From Octopus sinensis (lineage: Eukaryota), in NCBI RefSeq assembly GCF_006345805.1, contig NC_042999.1, positions 110,422,001-110,486,000 on the forward strand: a DNA stretch of 64,000 nt, read 5' to 3'. Positions 12,171 through 25,067 of this stretch are shown here, piece after piece (position 1 is the first letter of the stretch; each line of letters starts with the position of its first letter). Made by a program: the position numbers and the translations under genes. Under the pieces are notes generated by a model. The model ran no database searches and was not told where the DNA came from. It saw only the letters and a program-made list of their open reading frames with translations.

Positions 12171-12268
12171 ATTATTTACATTATTTACAATATTTGCATT
12201 ATTTATATTTGACGGATATTTGTCCTCATCTCGTTTGTTAACACAACGTTTCGGCTGATATACCCTCC
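12171..12268 (-). mobile_element. 5'-truncated copy of the hammerhead-bearing element at 29950-30070
   Basis: Minus strand reads GGAGGGTATATCAGCC-GAAAC-GTT-GTGTTAACAAACGAGATGAGGACAAATATCCGTCAAAT plus a (GTAAATAAT)n tail, homologous to 29988-30070. Confidence 0.75.
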
Positions 12269-12342
12269 ACAATTTTCATAATGGTCAGTGATGGTCTTTT
12301 TTAGTCATGAGTGAACGGCTATCATATGTATGTATGTATGTA

Positions 12343-12464
12343 CAAGGGGTGTATGAAAAGTTTTGAGCCATCAAGGCCTTTGAGCCTTGAAGTCTTGTAC
12401 CTTCATCAGAAGTCTTGTACTGTGTTTTGTTTTTTGAGGCTCAAGACTTTTCATACGCCCCTCG
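12343..12464. mobile_element. 122-bp mariner-type MITE
   Basis: TA-flanked. TACAAGGGGTGTATGAAAAGTTTTGAGCC matches the reverse complement of the right end (TACGAGGGGCGTATGAAAAGTCTTGAGCC) at 26 of 29 positions. Confidence 0.85.
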
Positions 12465-12508
12465 TAAATATATAAATATCTATCTATCTATCTATATCTA
12501 TCTATCTA

Positions 12509-12559
<51 letters not shown>

Positions 12560-13261
12560 ATATATATATATATCTATATACATATATATATATACATATA
12601 CATATATACACACACACATATATATATATCTTTAAAAAGAGGATATTGATAAAGTCACAATATTTGAATTTTTTAATGTTAAAAATTATCTTGATACAAA
12701 TTATTTTGAATAAATACACTCAGACACACACACACAATTCTCTTTCTCACACATAGACACATTCAAGTGTTATAATTTTTTCAATAATTGAGAGCAGAGT
12801 ACTAAATACATGGTGGTGAGTATATACTAATAGCTTAAACTAAATCCTTTCTCTTACAACTCAAGTTTCATGTCAAATGTTCATGGAGGCAGTATCCATG
12901 ATTGTTGTAGCAATTCATTCCCCAATTCATTGGTTGATTTTGCTTGCATATTATATCTGGCTTCTCAGGGTTGCTACTTTTTACATTTCATGTCTTTTTT
13001 ATTATTTTTAGGATACTTATTAGTAAAGTCTTTATGGATTGATTTCATCATTATATCTTGTTTCACTAAATTCTGTTTATTTCATCATTTTATTCAAATT
13101 GTTGAGTCTTATGTTTTTCTGTGAGTATATTGTAACTGGTGTCTCTAAATTGTCATTGTTTTTAATAGGTTAATTTGTTGGCCACTTTCTTTTCCTGTTC
13201 CACTGGGGCTGGCATTGTTATATTTCCACTGTCCTTTCTGCTGTTATTACACTATCATACC

Positions 13262-13560
13262 AGTATCTTTTATCTTCAGCTTGTTTCTGTCATTGGACTG
13301 TGGCCATGCTGGGACTTTCTGCCTTGAAGGGTTTTAGTCAAACAAATCAATCCCCAGTACTTGATTTGTTTGAAGCCTAGTACTTATTCTATTAGTCACT
13401 AATGCTGAATCACTAAGTTGTCAAGTTACAGTGGGAGGGAAACACGTACACACTCACACTCACACACACACACAAGGGGCTTTCAGTTTCTATTTACCAA
13501 ACTCACTCACAAGGTTTTGGTTGGCCTGAGGCTATAGCAGAAGATACTTGCTCAAGGTGT
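13262..13560 (-). mobile_element. SINE family A, degraded
   Basis: TGTTTCAGTCATT-like tail through CTTGCTCAAGGTG core. Confidence 0.75.
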
Positions 13561-13987
13561 CATGCTCTGCCTTGAAAGGAGAAACCACCTCTGTTATAGA
13601 CATGTCTTTTTTATAGTAGTTGGTAATGTTACACGCACTTCATATTATGAATTACAATTTTATTGGGTGGAACCCTGGAAAGTGTTCTGCCTAACAACAT
13701 ATTTTATTGTTTTGAAATGTGACAAGACTGACATTGGTGTTTATAGTTACCACAGCAAGTTTATGATTACTCTATGTTATTATATCACTTATATGATAAA
13801 CTGTTAACTGTTGTGATTGCTTTTTGATAGAGATTTAAGAGTGAATGCCAATAAGCCAGACATTATTTAGTTTTCTAAGGTTTTGTAGTGTCATGTCTGC
13901 TTGTCAAGCCAAGTAGCAAATTCTTCTTTTTGCCATATGAATTTCCTTTTAGCAGGATTTAATGATGGCTGAATTTAGTTTAATATT

Positions 13988-14219
13988 GGTTTCAAATTTT
14001 GGCACAGCAATTTTAGGGGAGGGGATAATTTGTGGGGAGGGGATAAGACGATTACATTGACTCCAGTGCTCAGCTGGTGCTGGTGCTTATTTTATTAGCC
14101 CCAAAAGAATGAAAGCAAAGTCAACCTTGGCGGAATTTGAACTCAGAACGTAATGACAGCTGAAATGCCACTAAGCATTTTGGCCAGCATGCTAATGATT
14201 CTACCAGCTCACCACCTTC
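13988..14219 (-). mobile_element. SINE family B with 17-bp target-site duplication
   Basis: GAATTTAGTTTAATATT occurs at 13971-13987 and 14220-14236 on either side of the copy. An oppositely oriented SINE B follows at ~14250-14468. Confidence 0.85.
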
Positions 14220-14523
14220 GAATTTAGTTTAATATTAATTATGGAAATAAGGTGGTGAGTTGGCAGAATCATTAGCACACAGAGCAAAGTGCTTAGAGAC
14301 ATTTTGTCTGTCTTTACGTTCTGGGTTCAATTGCCACAGGGGTCAGCTTTGTCTTTCATCCTTTTGGGAGTCAATGAAATAGGTAGCAATTAAACGGTGG
14401 GGTTGATCTAATCGACTTAGCCTCTCTCCTGAAATTGCTGGCCTTGTGCCAAAAGTCAAAACCAACGTTAATTATGGGAATTTTGCCAGTTGAATTTTTT
14501 ATCTTTTCCTGGTTTCAGTCATA

Positions 14524-14577
<54 letters not shown>

Positions 14578-14646
14578 ATAATTTTTGTGTAATAAGATAA
14601 TAAAAAAACAAGGCTGTGTAGATATTAGAGCATTTATAGATAGAAG

Positions 14647-14698
14647 GTCTTACAGCTGTTTCCAGATTATTTTTTAATTATGTCCCTTCATTGGAGAC
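14647..14698 (-). ncRNA. Degenerate Penelope-type hammerhead ribozyme motif
   Basis: Minus strand: GTCT-CCAATGA-(stem II region)-GAAAC-AGCT-GTA-AGAC. Stems I and III and GAAAC/GTA are intact, but the CUGAUGA core is mutated and stem II has decayed. Confidence 0.45.
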
Positions 14699-16495
14699 AG
14701 CGTAAGAGGAAAGTTAAGTCATAGTTAGTTTAGATGTGATACAAAATAGAAAGTGAGGTGAAGGAAAGAAATTGATGCAAGATATGTATGGGTATTGAAG
14801 TTGTAAATCCATTTTTTAAGCATAATGATATATATGCAATATTCCAATATCCTATGAGTAAAGTCCAAAAGTCCAACAGAGTTTAAAATGAGTCCATTCA
14901 AATATACATACCTACACACACACACACAGGGTTCAGACAGTATTTATTCACAATTTTCAGCTGCTAATTTTACCCATATTTTCTTTTACTTTCATTGATG
15001 GTCTTTTTCTTCTTAAAAACAATATTTTGGATCCCCTAATTTGTGGAAGAGACATGGGGTCTTTCTTGGAATCCATGCTGGAAGGAGAAAAAAGGAGATT
15101 TCAGACTTCCTCCAACATCAGCAGAAAGATGGTGGAAGAGGTCAATCTAGTCAACTAACCACTGAGACTCAAAAACCGCTGGACTTGTGCCAAAATTGGA
15201 AGGCATTATTTCTGAAAATTAATAGGAAACTATAAGTAGTTTAATTTATATATTTTTAGCCAATCAGATGCTTTCATTTGGTGACATAACATGTGTCATT
15301 GTTGTGGAGTTCAGCATACAAAAGCCTTTACATTCTCTTACTCGCCCTGCTAGAAATGGCTGCTTTCTGTAATGTCTAAAAAAAACAAACAATAAGGACA
15401 AAACATTATCCAGCACTATTTATTTGCTTGTATAAGGCAGACCCAAGTGGTTTTTACTTGTTGAGTTCCATTTTAATAACATCAAATTTTAAGTCATTTT
15501 TGGAAGAAAATCTTTTATTGAATTCATGACCCTTGAAAAATGTAAAAAAAAAAAAAACAATGTTTTAGCATCAAACTTTGTTTAAAATTGTTTCATATGC
15601 AAAGAGAGAGTGTATTTAATATCGGTCTTTGGAGTCCAGTAAATGTTTTGAGGGTTGTGAGTTCGGTCAGAGATTACGTTTGTAGAAAAATGTTTCATGC
15701 TTTTAGTTTGATGATTACAATTTTTGAGGGTCATGAGAAGATTTACATCCATGGAAATTCTCTTTAATTTAAATGTTGTTTAATAATTCTCAACACGTAG
15801 AAAGCATTTGAATCAGCCTCGAGTAAGGAAATACATGGTACTGTGCCACAATATTTTATTCTTTTTGATTCTTAGACATTATAGTGTAGTATAAGGAAAA
15901 TTTGGCAGCTATTTCTAGCAGGTCGACAAAGGTTTCCATGGAGATCATCATATATAATATGCCATCAAATGAAGCTTTTGACTGGCTGAAAATGCATAAC
16001 ATTTAATGCCTGTAAGTTCAGAACTACATGTTTTGAAAATAATCTGATAAAAATTTGAAAAACTTCAAGTGGTTGGAAGAAATTTAACAAGACCCCACTG
16101 ACTTATATTTCAAATCATTCCTACTTTGAGCTGCATCTGTTCTGGTTTTAACTGGTGTTTCCCTCAGACTAATGTTGTCTAAGGTCATCAGGCTATATAC
16201 TTAGGCAAACTGCATTCTTGTGTTCTTGACTGGTTCTGTTTAGTCATGTAATCTACAATGTTAAATAACTGTAATACAGTTAAATTGATATTTACTAAAT
16301 GTTTCACATTATCATGTTAATCATGTTGGAGAAGAAAATTTGTGAGAACAGAACTAGTCAAAGGAAGAGAAAGAAAAGATATTGAAACATAAGGAACTTT
16401 TCAATAAATCTTCAAACTTACTTTATCTTGGGTTAAAATGCAAAGTAGTAGCAAAACAGTAGGCAGAGAAAACAACAAATGCTTTGAACAATAAT

Positions 16496-17187
16496 GTTTC
16501 AAATTTTGACACAATACCAGCAATTTCAGGAAAGAGTGCGAGTCGATTAAATTGACTCCAGTGGTCAACTGGAGTCAATTTTATTGACCTTGAAATGTTA
16601 AAAGGCAAAGTCAGCCTCAGTAGAATTTGAACTCAAAATGTAAAAACAGACAAAACGCTGTCAAGTATTTTGCCCTGCATGCTAACAATTCTGCCAGCTT
16701 GCTACCTTTAATGTTTTGAATAATAATCCTTTCTACTACAGGCACAAGGCCTGGATTTTGTGGGGAGGGTAACAGCCAATCACATCGACCCCAGTACTCA
16801 ACTGGTACTTGATTTATTGACTCCAAAAGAATGATAAGCAAACTCGACCTCGGCAGAATTTGAACTTTGAACATAGTGGCAGATGAAATACCACTAAACA
16901 TTTCACTCGGCATGCCAACGATTCTGCCAGTTTGCCACCTCTAATGCTTTGAATAATAATCATTTCTACTCTAGGTATAAGGCCCAAAATTTTTGGGGAG
17001 GGAGCCAGTCAATTAGATTGACCCCAGTATGCAACTGGTACTTAATTTATCAAAGTCGACTCTTACTCTTTTACTCTTTTACTTGTTTCAGCCTCTTTTG
17101 CCAAACCGCTAAGTTACAGGGACGTAAACACACTGCTATCAGTTGTCAAACGATGTTAGGGAGACAAACACAGACACACAAACATAA

Positions 17188-17233
<46 letters not shown>

Positions 17234-17483
17234 GACGAGCTTCTTTCAGTTTCCGTCTACCAAATCCACTCACAAGGCTTTGTCAGCCCGAGGCTATAGT
17301 AGAAGACACTTGCCCAAGGTGGCATGCAGTGGGACTGAACCCGGAACCATGTGGTTTGTAAGCAAGCTACTTACCACATAGCCACTCCTACACCTTGCAG
17401 AATTTGAACTCAGAATATAAAGACAGATGACATACTAAGCATTTCACCTGGAGTGCTAATGGTTCTGCCAGCTTACCATTTTT
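16496..17483 (-). mobile_element. Tandem array of three SINE B copies, the third interrupted by SINE A (17059-17394)
   Basis: Units are bounded by (A/G)ATG(C/T)TTTGAA(T/C)AATAAT at 16478, 16710, 16943 and 17484. Confidence 0.8.
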
Positions 17484-18071
17484 GATGCTTTGAATAATAA
17501 TAAAAAAAGAGGGAGGCCCTGAAAGTGTAAATTGTATCTGCCGATGCCTGTATTACAGAAAGTGATGCTGAGTTTGTACATTGAAGGAAGCATGGCTGCA
17601 GTATTAAGGTGATATTGGTTAAGAGACAAGCTTAAATTTGATCATCTATATACTTCAGTCGTTCTGGTTGTGTGTTCATAGCTGGTCAGTTAACTTGATA
17701 TTTAATTGTATTTCATGTACTTCCTCTTGTTTCTTTAATTTTCTCTTAATTTGGCATAGGCATCATAAACAGTAAGTCAGAAAATTAATGACCTCAAAGA
17801 AGAGGAGCTACCCGAAGCTACTAGAGAACAGAGACAAAAGAATGAGGGCTGGAAGTAGATATTGTATCAGCAGCAGAAGTTACCAACCATGAGAGCCCAG
17901 TCAGAATGATTGACTTTTAGTGATGACAAAATTTATAGCCGTAAAACACTTATATGCCAGCCAAAAACTTTGCAGTGGATTTGTTTCAGTGACCATGTCA
18001 CCAATCAGTCTGTATCATTGGCGATTTTTTTTTCCTCCATTTTCCCTTCCTTGGATCTTTCTTTTTTCTAT

Positions 18072-18106
18072 GTTTCTGATGAAGAGCTCCGCTCAAAACG
18101 TTAAAT
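18072..18106 (+). ncRNA. Minimal hammerhead ribozyme motif with G12>A (Penelope-type relic)
   Basis: GTTT-CTGATGA-A-GAGC-TCC-GCTC-AAAA-CGTT-AAAT. The core CUGAUGA and stem II are intact. GAAA is changed to AAAA, consistent with CpG decay. Confidence 0.55.
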
Positions 18107-18194
18107 CCTCCTTCTGTCTTTCTTTTCCTGAGCGTCCTATAACACTATACTTGTTCCACATCCTCATGTTGTTGTCTTTTCATGTTTGGATTAA

Positions 18195-18210
18195 CTTTAT
18201 ATATATATGT

Positions 18211-18260
<50 letters not shown>

Positions 18261-18285
18261 AAGTTAATATATATATATATATAAT

Positions 18286-18327
<42 letters not shown>

Positions 18328-18355
18328 ATATATATAAATATAATATATAAAGTTA

Positions 18356-18386
<31 letters not shown>

Positions 18387-18397
18387 TATACATACAT

Positions 18398-18428
<31 letters not shown>

Positions 18429-18518
18429 TATTATACATACATACATATATATATATACATATATATATAATATATATATATATATAAACACATGTAAACA
18501 TATGTATACACATGTATA

Positions 18519-18549
<31 letters not shown>

Positions 18550-18977
18550 TATACAACACACATATACATGTATATATATATACACACATATATATACCCA
18601 TGAAGTTAATGTGAAAATGGATGAGCACTCCACCAACACCTGTGTCCTTAATGTAGTTCTCAGTGAGTTTCAGCATAATTAAGAATGTGACAAGGGTGTT
18701 CCATTGAATTACAGGTACAACTCATTTTTGTCAGCTGAGTGAATTAGAGAAGTGTGTAATAAAGTGTATTGCTTGAGGACATAGCACAATGCCAGGAATT
18801 GAACTCACAGCCTCACACTCTAGAGCTGAATACCTTAACGGCTGAACCACATGCCTTCACACACACACAAAAACCCACACGCACACACATATATATATAT
18901 ATACATACATACATATATATGTATATGTATTTATGTATATACATATATGTATATATATATAATATATATATATATAT

Positions 18978-19008
<31 letters not shown>

Positions 19009-19062
19009 CATGTATATATATATATGTATATGTATATATATATACATATATATATATACATG

Positions 19063-19096
<34 letters not shown>

Positions 19097-19320
19097 GTAT
19101 ATATATATGTATATATATATGTATATTATATATATATATATATATTAATATATATATATGTAATATATATATGTAATATATATATGTATGTATATATATA
19201 TATGTAAATATATATATGTATATATATATATATGTATACATATATATATATGTATATATATATATGTATACATATATATATATGTATATGCATGCTCATA
19301 CACATAGATATAGGTATATA
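18195..19320. repeat. (TA)n-rich microsatellite fields flanking a SINE D
   Basis: Seen directly. Confidence 0.95.
18596..18858 (-). mobile_element. SINE family D (tRNA head plus CCTTGAGCAAGACAC CORE-like domain)
   Basis: Reverse complement of the family seen on the plus strand at ~61800-62110, sharing CAACTCATTTTTGTCAGCTGAGTG and GAATTGAACTCAC. Confidence 0.7.
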
Positions 19321-20562
19321 CGAATGTGTATCTATATGTACATATAGCCATGTACAGAAAGATCCTTGTGGTCTTAAAGCTAAAAGAAGAGAGAAACACA
19401 GTCAAAATAAATAAAATAAATAAATACAATGGAAACAAAGAAAGCAAAAACAAAAAAAATAAGGGATCCAGTAACAAACGCTACACACAAGCCATTACAA
19501 CAGATGAGTTTCTCTCTCTGATATGTAATGGAACTCGCTTCCTCAGAAATATAATGACATTCTAGTTCTGGAAACTAGTTTAAGGAAGCTTTGAAGACAA
19601 ATCTGAAAGCAATGAGGCAAACAATCAAAGCCTGCAAAGAATTATGCTTGGGTTACACTTCTTTTAATAGTATGTGTAACTGTTTGTAAAACATATCTTT
19701 GTAACTTTTTAACGAATCTGAGCAGATTACAAATAACATTATCTGTTTACTTATTTGATATCAGAAGAACACAGACTACTGGGAGCCAACAATGATGGAT
19801 ACTAAAACTGCAACTGTATGATGGAAAAAAGGTATTAGAAGAAAAGTAGCAGTCAAGTCTCCTTAAATTCAAATTGTATTGCCTTAAAAATAGGGAGGAC
19901 GTGCTAGATAATGTGGTTTGAGATATATTATGCCCCCTACCACAGCAAAAAGTTAGATTGGATGTTTGTGGCTGGAATGATATTTACTCAGTGGTTTTTA
20001 ATTGATCAGCATTGATCCAGGACTAAACATCAATAGAAACAGTGCCAAAAATGAGATGAGGGAACCGAGCTGATGAAGAAAGCATGTTAATGAATAAGAA
20101 AGCTAATGAAAAAACTTGAACCAACGAAGACGTCTTTATATATTGGCTGATTGACCTGCAAGAAAAATCAACCAAATGTCTCTCAAATCATATGAAAAGT
20201 AAAGATATATTGGATCAATGTAGTCCAAGAACCTTGCATGCTGAATAAAATCAGAATTGGCATGGTCACTGCTGGAGCATCATTGATAATATAGATCTGC
20301 TGGATGAGGGTTGACTTGGAGCTAATCAGCAACAACTGGATCAGCTATTCCATAAATGACATCGTAGTTTGAATTATTTGAGCTCAACATTATTGCAAAC
20401 TGCTCTTATGAGATGTGTATAAAGATTCAGAGTAGGAACATAATTTACGTAAATAGTTTTAAGAATATCTTATATGAGTGTGTGCATGTAAATGTGTCTG
20501 TGAGTGCATGCCTGTGTGTTATCTTTTATTTGTTTCACTCATATATATATATATATATATAT

Positions 20563-20755
20563 GTGGCACGTAAAAAGCACCCACTACACTCACGGAGTGG
20601 TTGGTGTTAGGAAGGGCATCCAGCTGTAGAAACATTGCCAGATAAGAGTGGAGCCTGGTGCAGCCTTCTGGCTTCCCAGATCCCCGGTCGAACCGTCCAA
20701 CCCATGCTAGCATGGAGAACGGACGTTAAACGATGATGATGATGATGATGATGAT
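20563..20755 (+). mobile_element. RTE LINE 3' end (family C) with (GAT)n tail
   Basis: GTGGTTGGTGTTAGGAAGGGCATCCAGCTGTAGAAAC...GGACGTTAAACGATGATGATG. About 20 such pieces occur in the window, and one is joined to RTE ORF2 at 36475-37190. Confidence 0.85.
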
Positions 20756-20779
20756 ATATAGCCACTCACTTCTACTCAC

Positions 20780-20869
20780 CTCATACTGTAAGGGTCCAAC
20801 AAACATCGCACCACTAGTATTTTTATCTCTTTCCAGCTCCACCCAAGTCACATCCACCCTCTTACTCTC
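20780..20869 (-). CDS. Candidate internal exon (ESKRVDVTWVELERDKNTSGAMFVGPLQYE), product unknown
   Basis: Acceptor TTACTCCCTTTATAG, donor GAG|GTGAGT, 90 nt, phase 0-0. It is the only open frame and lies in unique sequence. Confidence 0.4.
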
Positions 20870-21362
20870 CTATAAAGGGAGTAACTATGTAACTCCCCTA
20901 CAGCAACAAAGTTATTCTGATCTGGTCCCTCTTTCAAAAATTTAACTCCTTATTTCCTAGAGTAAGGTCACCTCCCTTGTTTCTATATTCCCATCAGTCG
21001 ATGGTGATGTCACAAGTGCATGTGCCATGAAAAAAAGCACCCAGTACACTCTGTGGAGTGGTTGGTGTTAGGAAGGGCATCCAGCCATAGGAACCATGCC
21101 AATGCAGACACTGGAGCTCAATGCAGTCCTTGGACACACTAGATCCTGCCAAATTATCTTACCCAAGCCTGTATGTAACATGGTTGTTAAATGACGAGGG
21201 GGGTGCTGGTGATGGTAACACCTTACATACATATGCATAAACATATATACCCATATATGTGTGGTTAAGTAGTTTGTTTCCTGTCCACATGGTTCTGGGT
21301 TGTCTCATTGCATGACACCTTCGACACGTGTCTTGCAGAGAGATGGAAACTGAAATGAAAAT

Positions 21363-21522
21363 CAGGGTGGCTGTGTGGTAAGTAGCTTGCTAACCAACCA
21401 CATGGTTCCGGGTTCAGTCCCACTGTGTGGCATCTTGGGCAAGTGTCTTCTGCTATAGCCCCAGGCCGACCAATACCTTGTGAGTGGATTTGGCAGACGG
21501 AAACTGAAAGAAGCCTGTCGTA

Positions 21523-21583
<61 letters not shown>

Positions 21584-21805
21584 GTGTGTGTGTGTTTGTG
21601 TGTCTGTGTTTGTCCCCCTAGCATTGCTTGACAGCCGATGCTGGTGTGTTTACGTCCCCGTCACTTAGCGGTTTGGCAAAAGAGACCGATAGAATAAGCA
21701 CTGGGCTTACAAAGAATAAGTCCCGGGGTTGATTTGCTCGACTAAAGGCGGTGCTCCAGCATGGCCGCAGTCAAATGACTGAAACAAGTAAAAGAGTAAA
21801 AGAGT
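21363..21805 (+). mobile_element. SINE family A, full length, CpG-rich (young)
   Basis: Complete head-core-tail with expanded internal (TA)n. Confidence 0.9.
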
Positions 21806-22111
21806 ATATATACGAACCTATATGAATCTATATCATGGTAAGAAACTCAAAGCAATGACAAACTCCCTCCCTCACCAAAAGCCAAATTGCATGAGAATGG
21901 CCACTGAAGAGGTGGTTGCACTGGTGGTGCTCCAACATGGTCACAGCATTTGGGCTGAAATGTATAAAATAATAAAAATATGTGTGTGTGTGAGTGCGTG
22001 CATAGGTGTGTGTACAATACACACACATTTATATTGGAAATAAAAAGATATAGAGATGTTTGTTTTTGTGTTTGTATGGGTTTATTTTTCAGTTTGTAGG
22101 TAGGTAGGTAG

Positions 22112-22460
22112 ATACATACATACATGCATACATACATACATACATACATACATACATACATACATACATACATGCATACATACATACATACATGCATGCA
22201 TGCATGCATACATGCATATACACATACATACATACATACATACAAACATACATACATATACACAAACATACATATACATACACACACACATACATACATA
22301 CATACATATACACATACATACATACATACATACATACATACATACATACATACATACATACATACATACATACATACATGCATGCATATACACATACATA
22401 CATACATACATACATACATACATACATACATACATACATACATACATACATACATACATA
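22112..22460. repeat. (TACA)n tetranucleotide tract, ~350 bp
   Basis: Seen directly. It gives the MYVC and HTYI ORFs. Confidence 0.95.
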
Positions 22461-22736
22461 GATGAACAATAAATTGACTGATAGATGAAGCAGAAAGTGA
22501 AAAGAAGAAAGACTGAGAGAATAAGGGAGGGAGATTTAGAGAGTGAAAGGAAGAGTTAGATGGAGAGGAGGAAGAGGAGAGAGAGTTTATAATCTAAATG
22601 AAACTGTATTTCAGGCCTCGGGATGATGATCTCTAGTATGAGAGGAAAGAGTTTTAAGGCCATGCTTTATTTGTCTGTAAGTGACATTAAATTGTGAAAG
22701 ATGTTATCATAGAAAATACATAATATGAAATCTCAC

Positions 22737-22769
22737 CACTCATTAATACAATTTTGGCAACAATGTTAT
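22737..22769 (-). CDS. Candidate 33-nt exon (NIVAKIVLMS)
   Basis: Acceptor TTTCTGTACCATAG, donor GTG|GTGAGA, phase 1-1, compatible with the candidate at 24460-24583. It could be chance. Confidence 0.2.
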
Positions 22770-23203
22770 CTATGGTACAGAAACAACAACAACAACAACA
22801 ACAACGATAGCAACAACAACAACAACACCAATAGTAATACTGGTGATAATGATCATGATGATAATGTTTAGGATCGTGATAATGGTGATGGGGTGGAGGA
22901 AGAGAGTGATGATGATTATGATGATGTTCGTTTTTTTTTCTTCTCCTTTTGTTTAGCCACAAGGGCAAAAATAAAATAACAGAAAAATAAAGTTTCTCAA
23001 ACAAATTGATAAACAAACTATATATTTAAGGGAGTGGGGTTGGGAATAAGTGAATATATCACCGTTGAAATAATGCTTGTATGTATGTGTATATATATAT
23101 ATATATATATGTGGTGTGTGTGTGTGTGTATGTGTGCACATGTGTGAATGTGTATATATATATGCATGCATGCATATATACATCCACAAATATACATATG
23201 GCC

Positions 23204-23265
<62 letters not shown>

Positions 23266-23291
23266 CATATATTTATATGTATATATATATG

Positions 23292-23342
<51 letters not shown>

Positions 23343-23844
23343 TATATACACATATATATATATACATATATTTATGCATGTATATGTACCTTTGTACATG
23401 TGTGTGTGTGATTATGTATGTATGTATGCATGTTATGTACGTGAGTGCATGTCTATGTGAATTCGTGTATATGCAAGTAAATTATGTGTGTCTGAATGTG
23501 CATGAAAATAACAGAACAGCAAAAATAAACAGTACAAATTATTGCCAATAATAATAATAATAATATTGATGATGATGATGATGATGATAATCATAACAAC
23601 AACAACAACAACAATAATAATGATAACAACAAGAACAACAACAACAACAGTAACAATAATAAATAATATTAAATCATGAATGGTATAACGATATAGCGAT
23701 ATAACGATAGAGCAATGTGACGGTATTGGATTCCCAAGAGGCTCAAGAGATTGAATAGAAAAATAAAATTTCATAATTAAATTCTTTCTTTCAGGTTACC
23801 ATTTCGAGCTGAGTGTATGTATATGCATACCTCTGTATCTATTT

Positions 23845-23885
<41 letters not shown>

Positions 23886-24134
23886 TATGTATATGTTTGT
23901 GCGTATCTGTATATGAGTGTAAGTGTGTCGGTGTGTGAAAAGCTTTTCCTGGTTGTAGTGTCTGTTTAGCAAGGAATCTAAAATCTAAAAGAATTAAATG
24001 CTCGTGTTATTGATACTCAAGAGAGAATTGAATCCAATTCTCTGCCGACCTTATTCATTGCCCTATGGTGCTTTTTGTCACAATGATCATAATTTCTTAC
24101 ACCAAAATTATTATTGTTGTAATTATTATATTTA

Positions 24135-24201
<67 letters not shown>

Positions 24202-24459
24202 CTTTCTGTTATTCTGTCATTATTAATTTATTTTTTGTGTGTTCAGGTTATATATATATATATATATTTAAAAAATTTTTTTGCTGGTGTAGGGAAAGAT
24301 GTGTTTTCCCTTAAATTCATTTTTAAATTATACAAATAATAACAATATCAACAACAACAACAATAATAATAATAATAATAAAGAAAAAATTATTAAAAAA
24401 ATACAAAGAAATAAAAAGACAAAATAAAATACAAAAAAAAATGATGTCAACTATGTTAC

Positions 24460-24583
24460 CATATGCATTTTGTACTCTCACTGCTTCACAGAGCAGTGTA
24501 GAATGTAACAGCTGTATACAGTGCAGTGCCACACTGCTATCCATAGCAGCTGTATACAGCCATTTGCTCACAACAGATAGGAT
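24460..24583 (-). CDS. Candidate exon (ILSVVSKWLYTAAMDSSVALHCIQLLHSTLLCEAVRVQNAY)
   Basis: Unique-sequence island between microsatellites, acceptor GTTCATCTCAG, donor G|GTAACA, 124 nt open, helical-looking peptide. No homology recognised. Confidence 0.3.
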
Positions 24584-24671
24584 CTGAGATGAACTCACTG
24601 ATATTAACATATACACATATATGCACATACATACATATATGTATACATACATACATACATACATACATACA

Positions 24672-24705
<34 letters not shown>

Positions 24706-24879
24706 CATATGCAGGAGTAGTTGTGTGGCAAGAAGCTTACTTCCCAACCACATGGTTCCAGGTTCAGTCCTACTGCATAGTACCTTAGGAATGCATCTTC
24801 TATGGCCTTGGGGACAACGAAAGCCTTGTGAGTGGATTTGGTTGATGGAAACTGAAAGAAGCCTGTCTATATATATAGC

Positions 24880-25067
24880 TGGCCAGATTGGAGCAATCTC
24901 AAGAATAATCAGCCGAAATTGGGAAGATAATTTGGTGCTTGAGGACAGAGGGCTTTGAATGTCCCATCGTTGTTTTCTTTGTATCGTCTATCTGGATGTT
25001 TTGTTGTTCCTTTTTGTATCACCTAGCTGTCCAGATGTTTTGCGTTCTTGTCCCATTTTGTATTTTA
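24880..25067 (+). mobile_element. Partial copy of the long-TIR MITE family seen at 46464-46800
   Basis: GCTGGCCAGATTGGAGCAATCTCAAGAATAATCAGCCGAAATT...GAATGTCCC...GCGTTCTTGTCCCATTTTGTATTTT matches 46640-46800. Confidence 0.75.
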
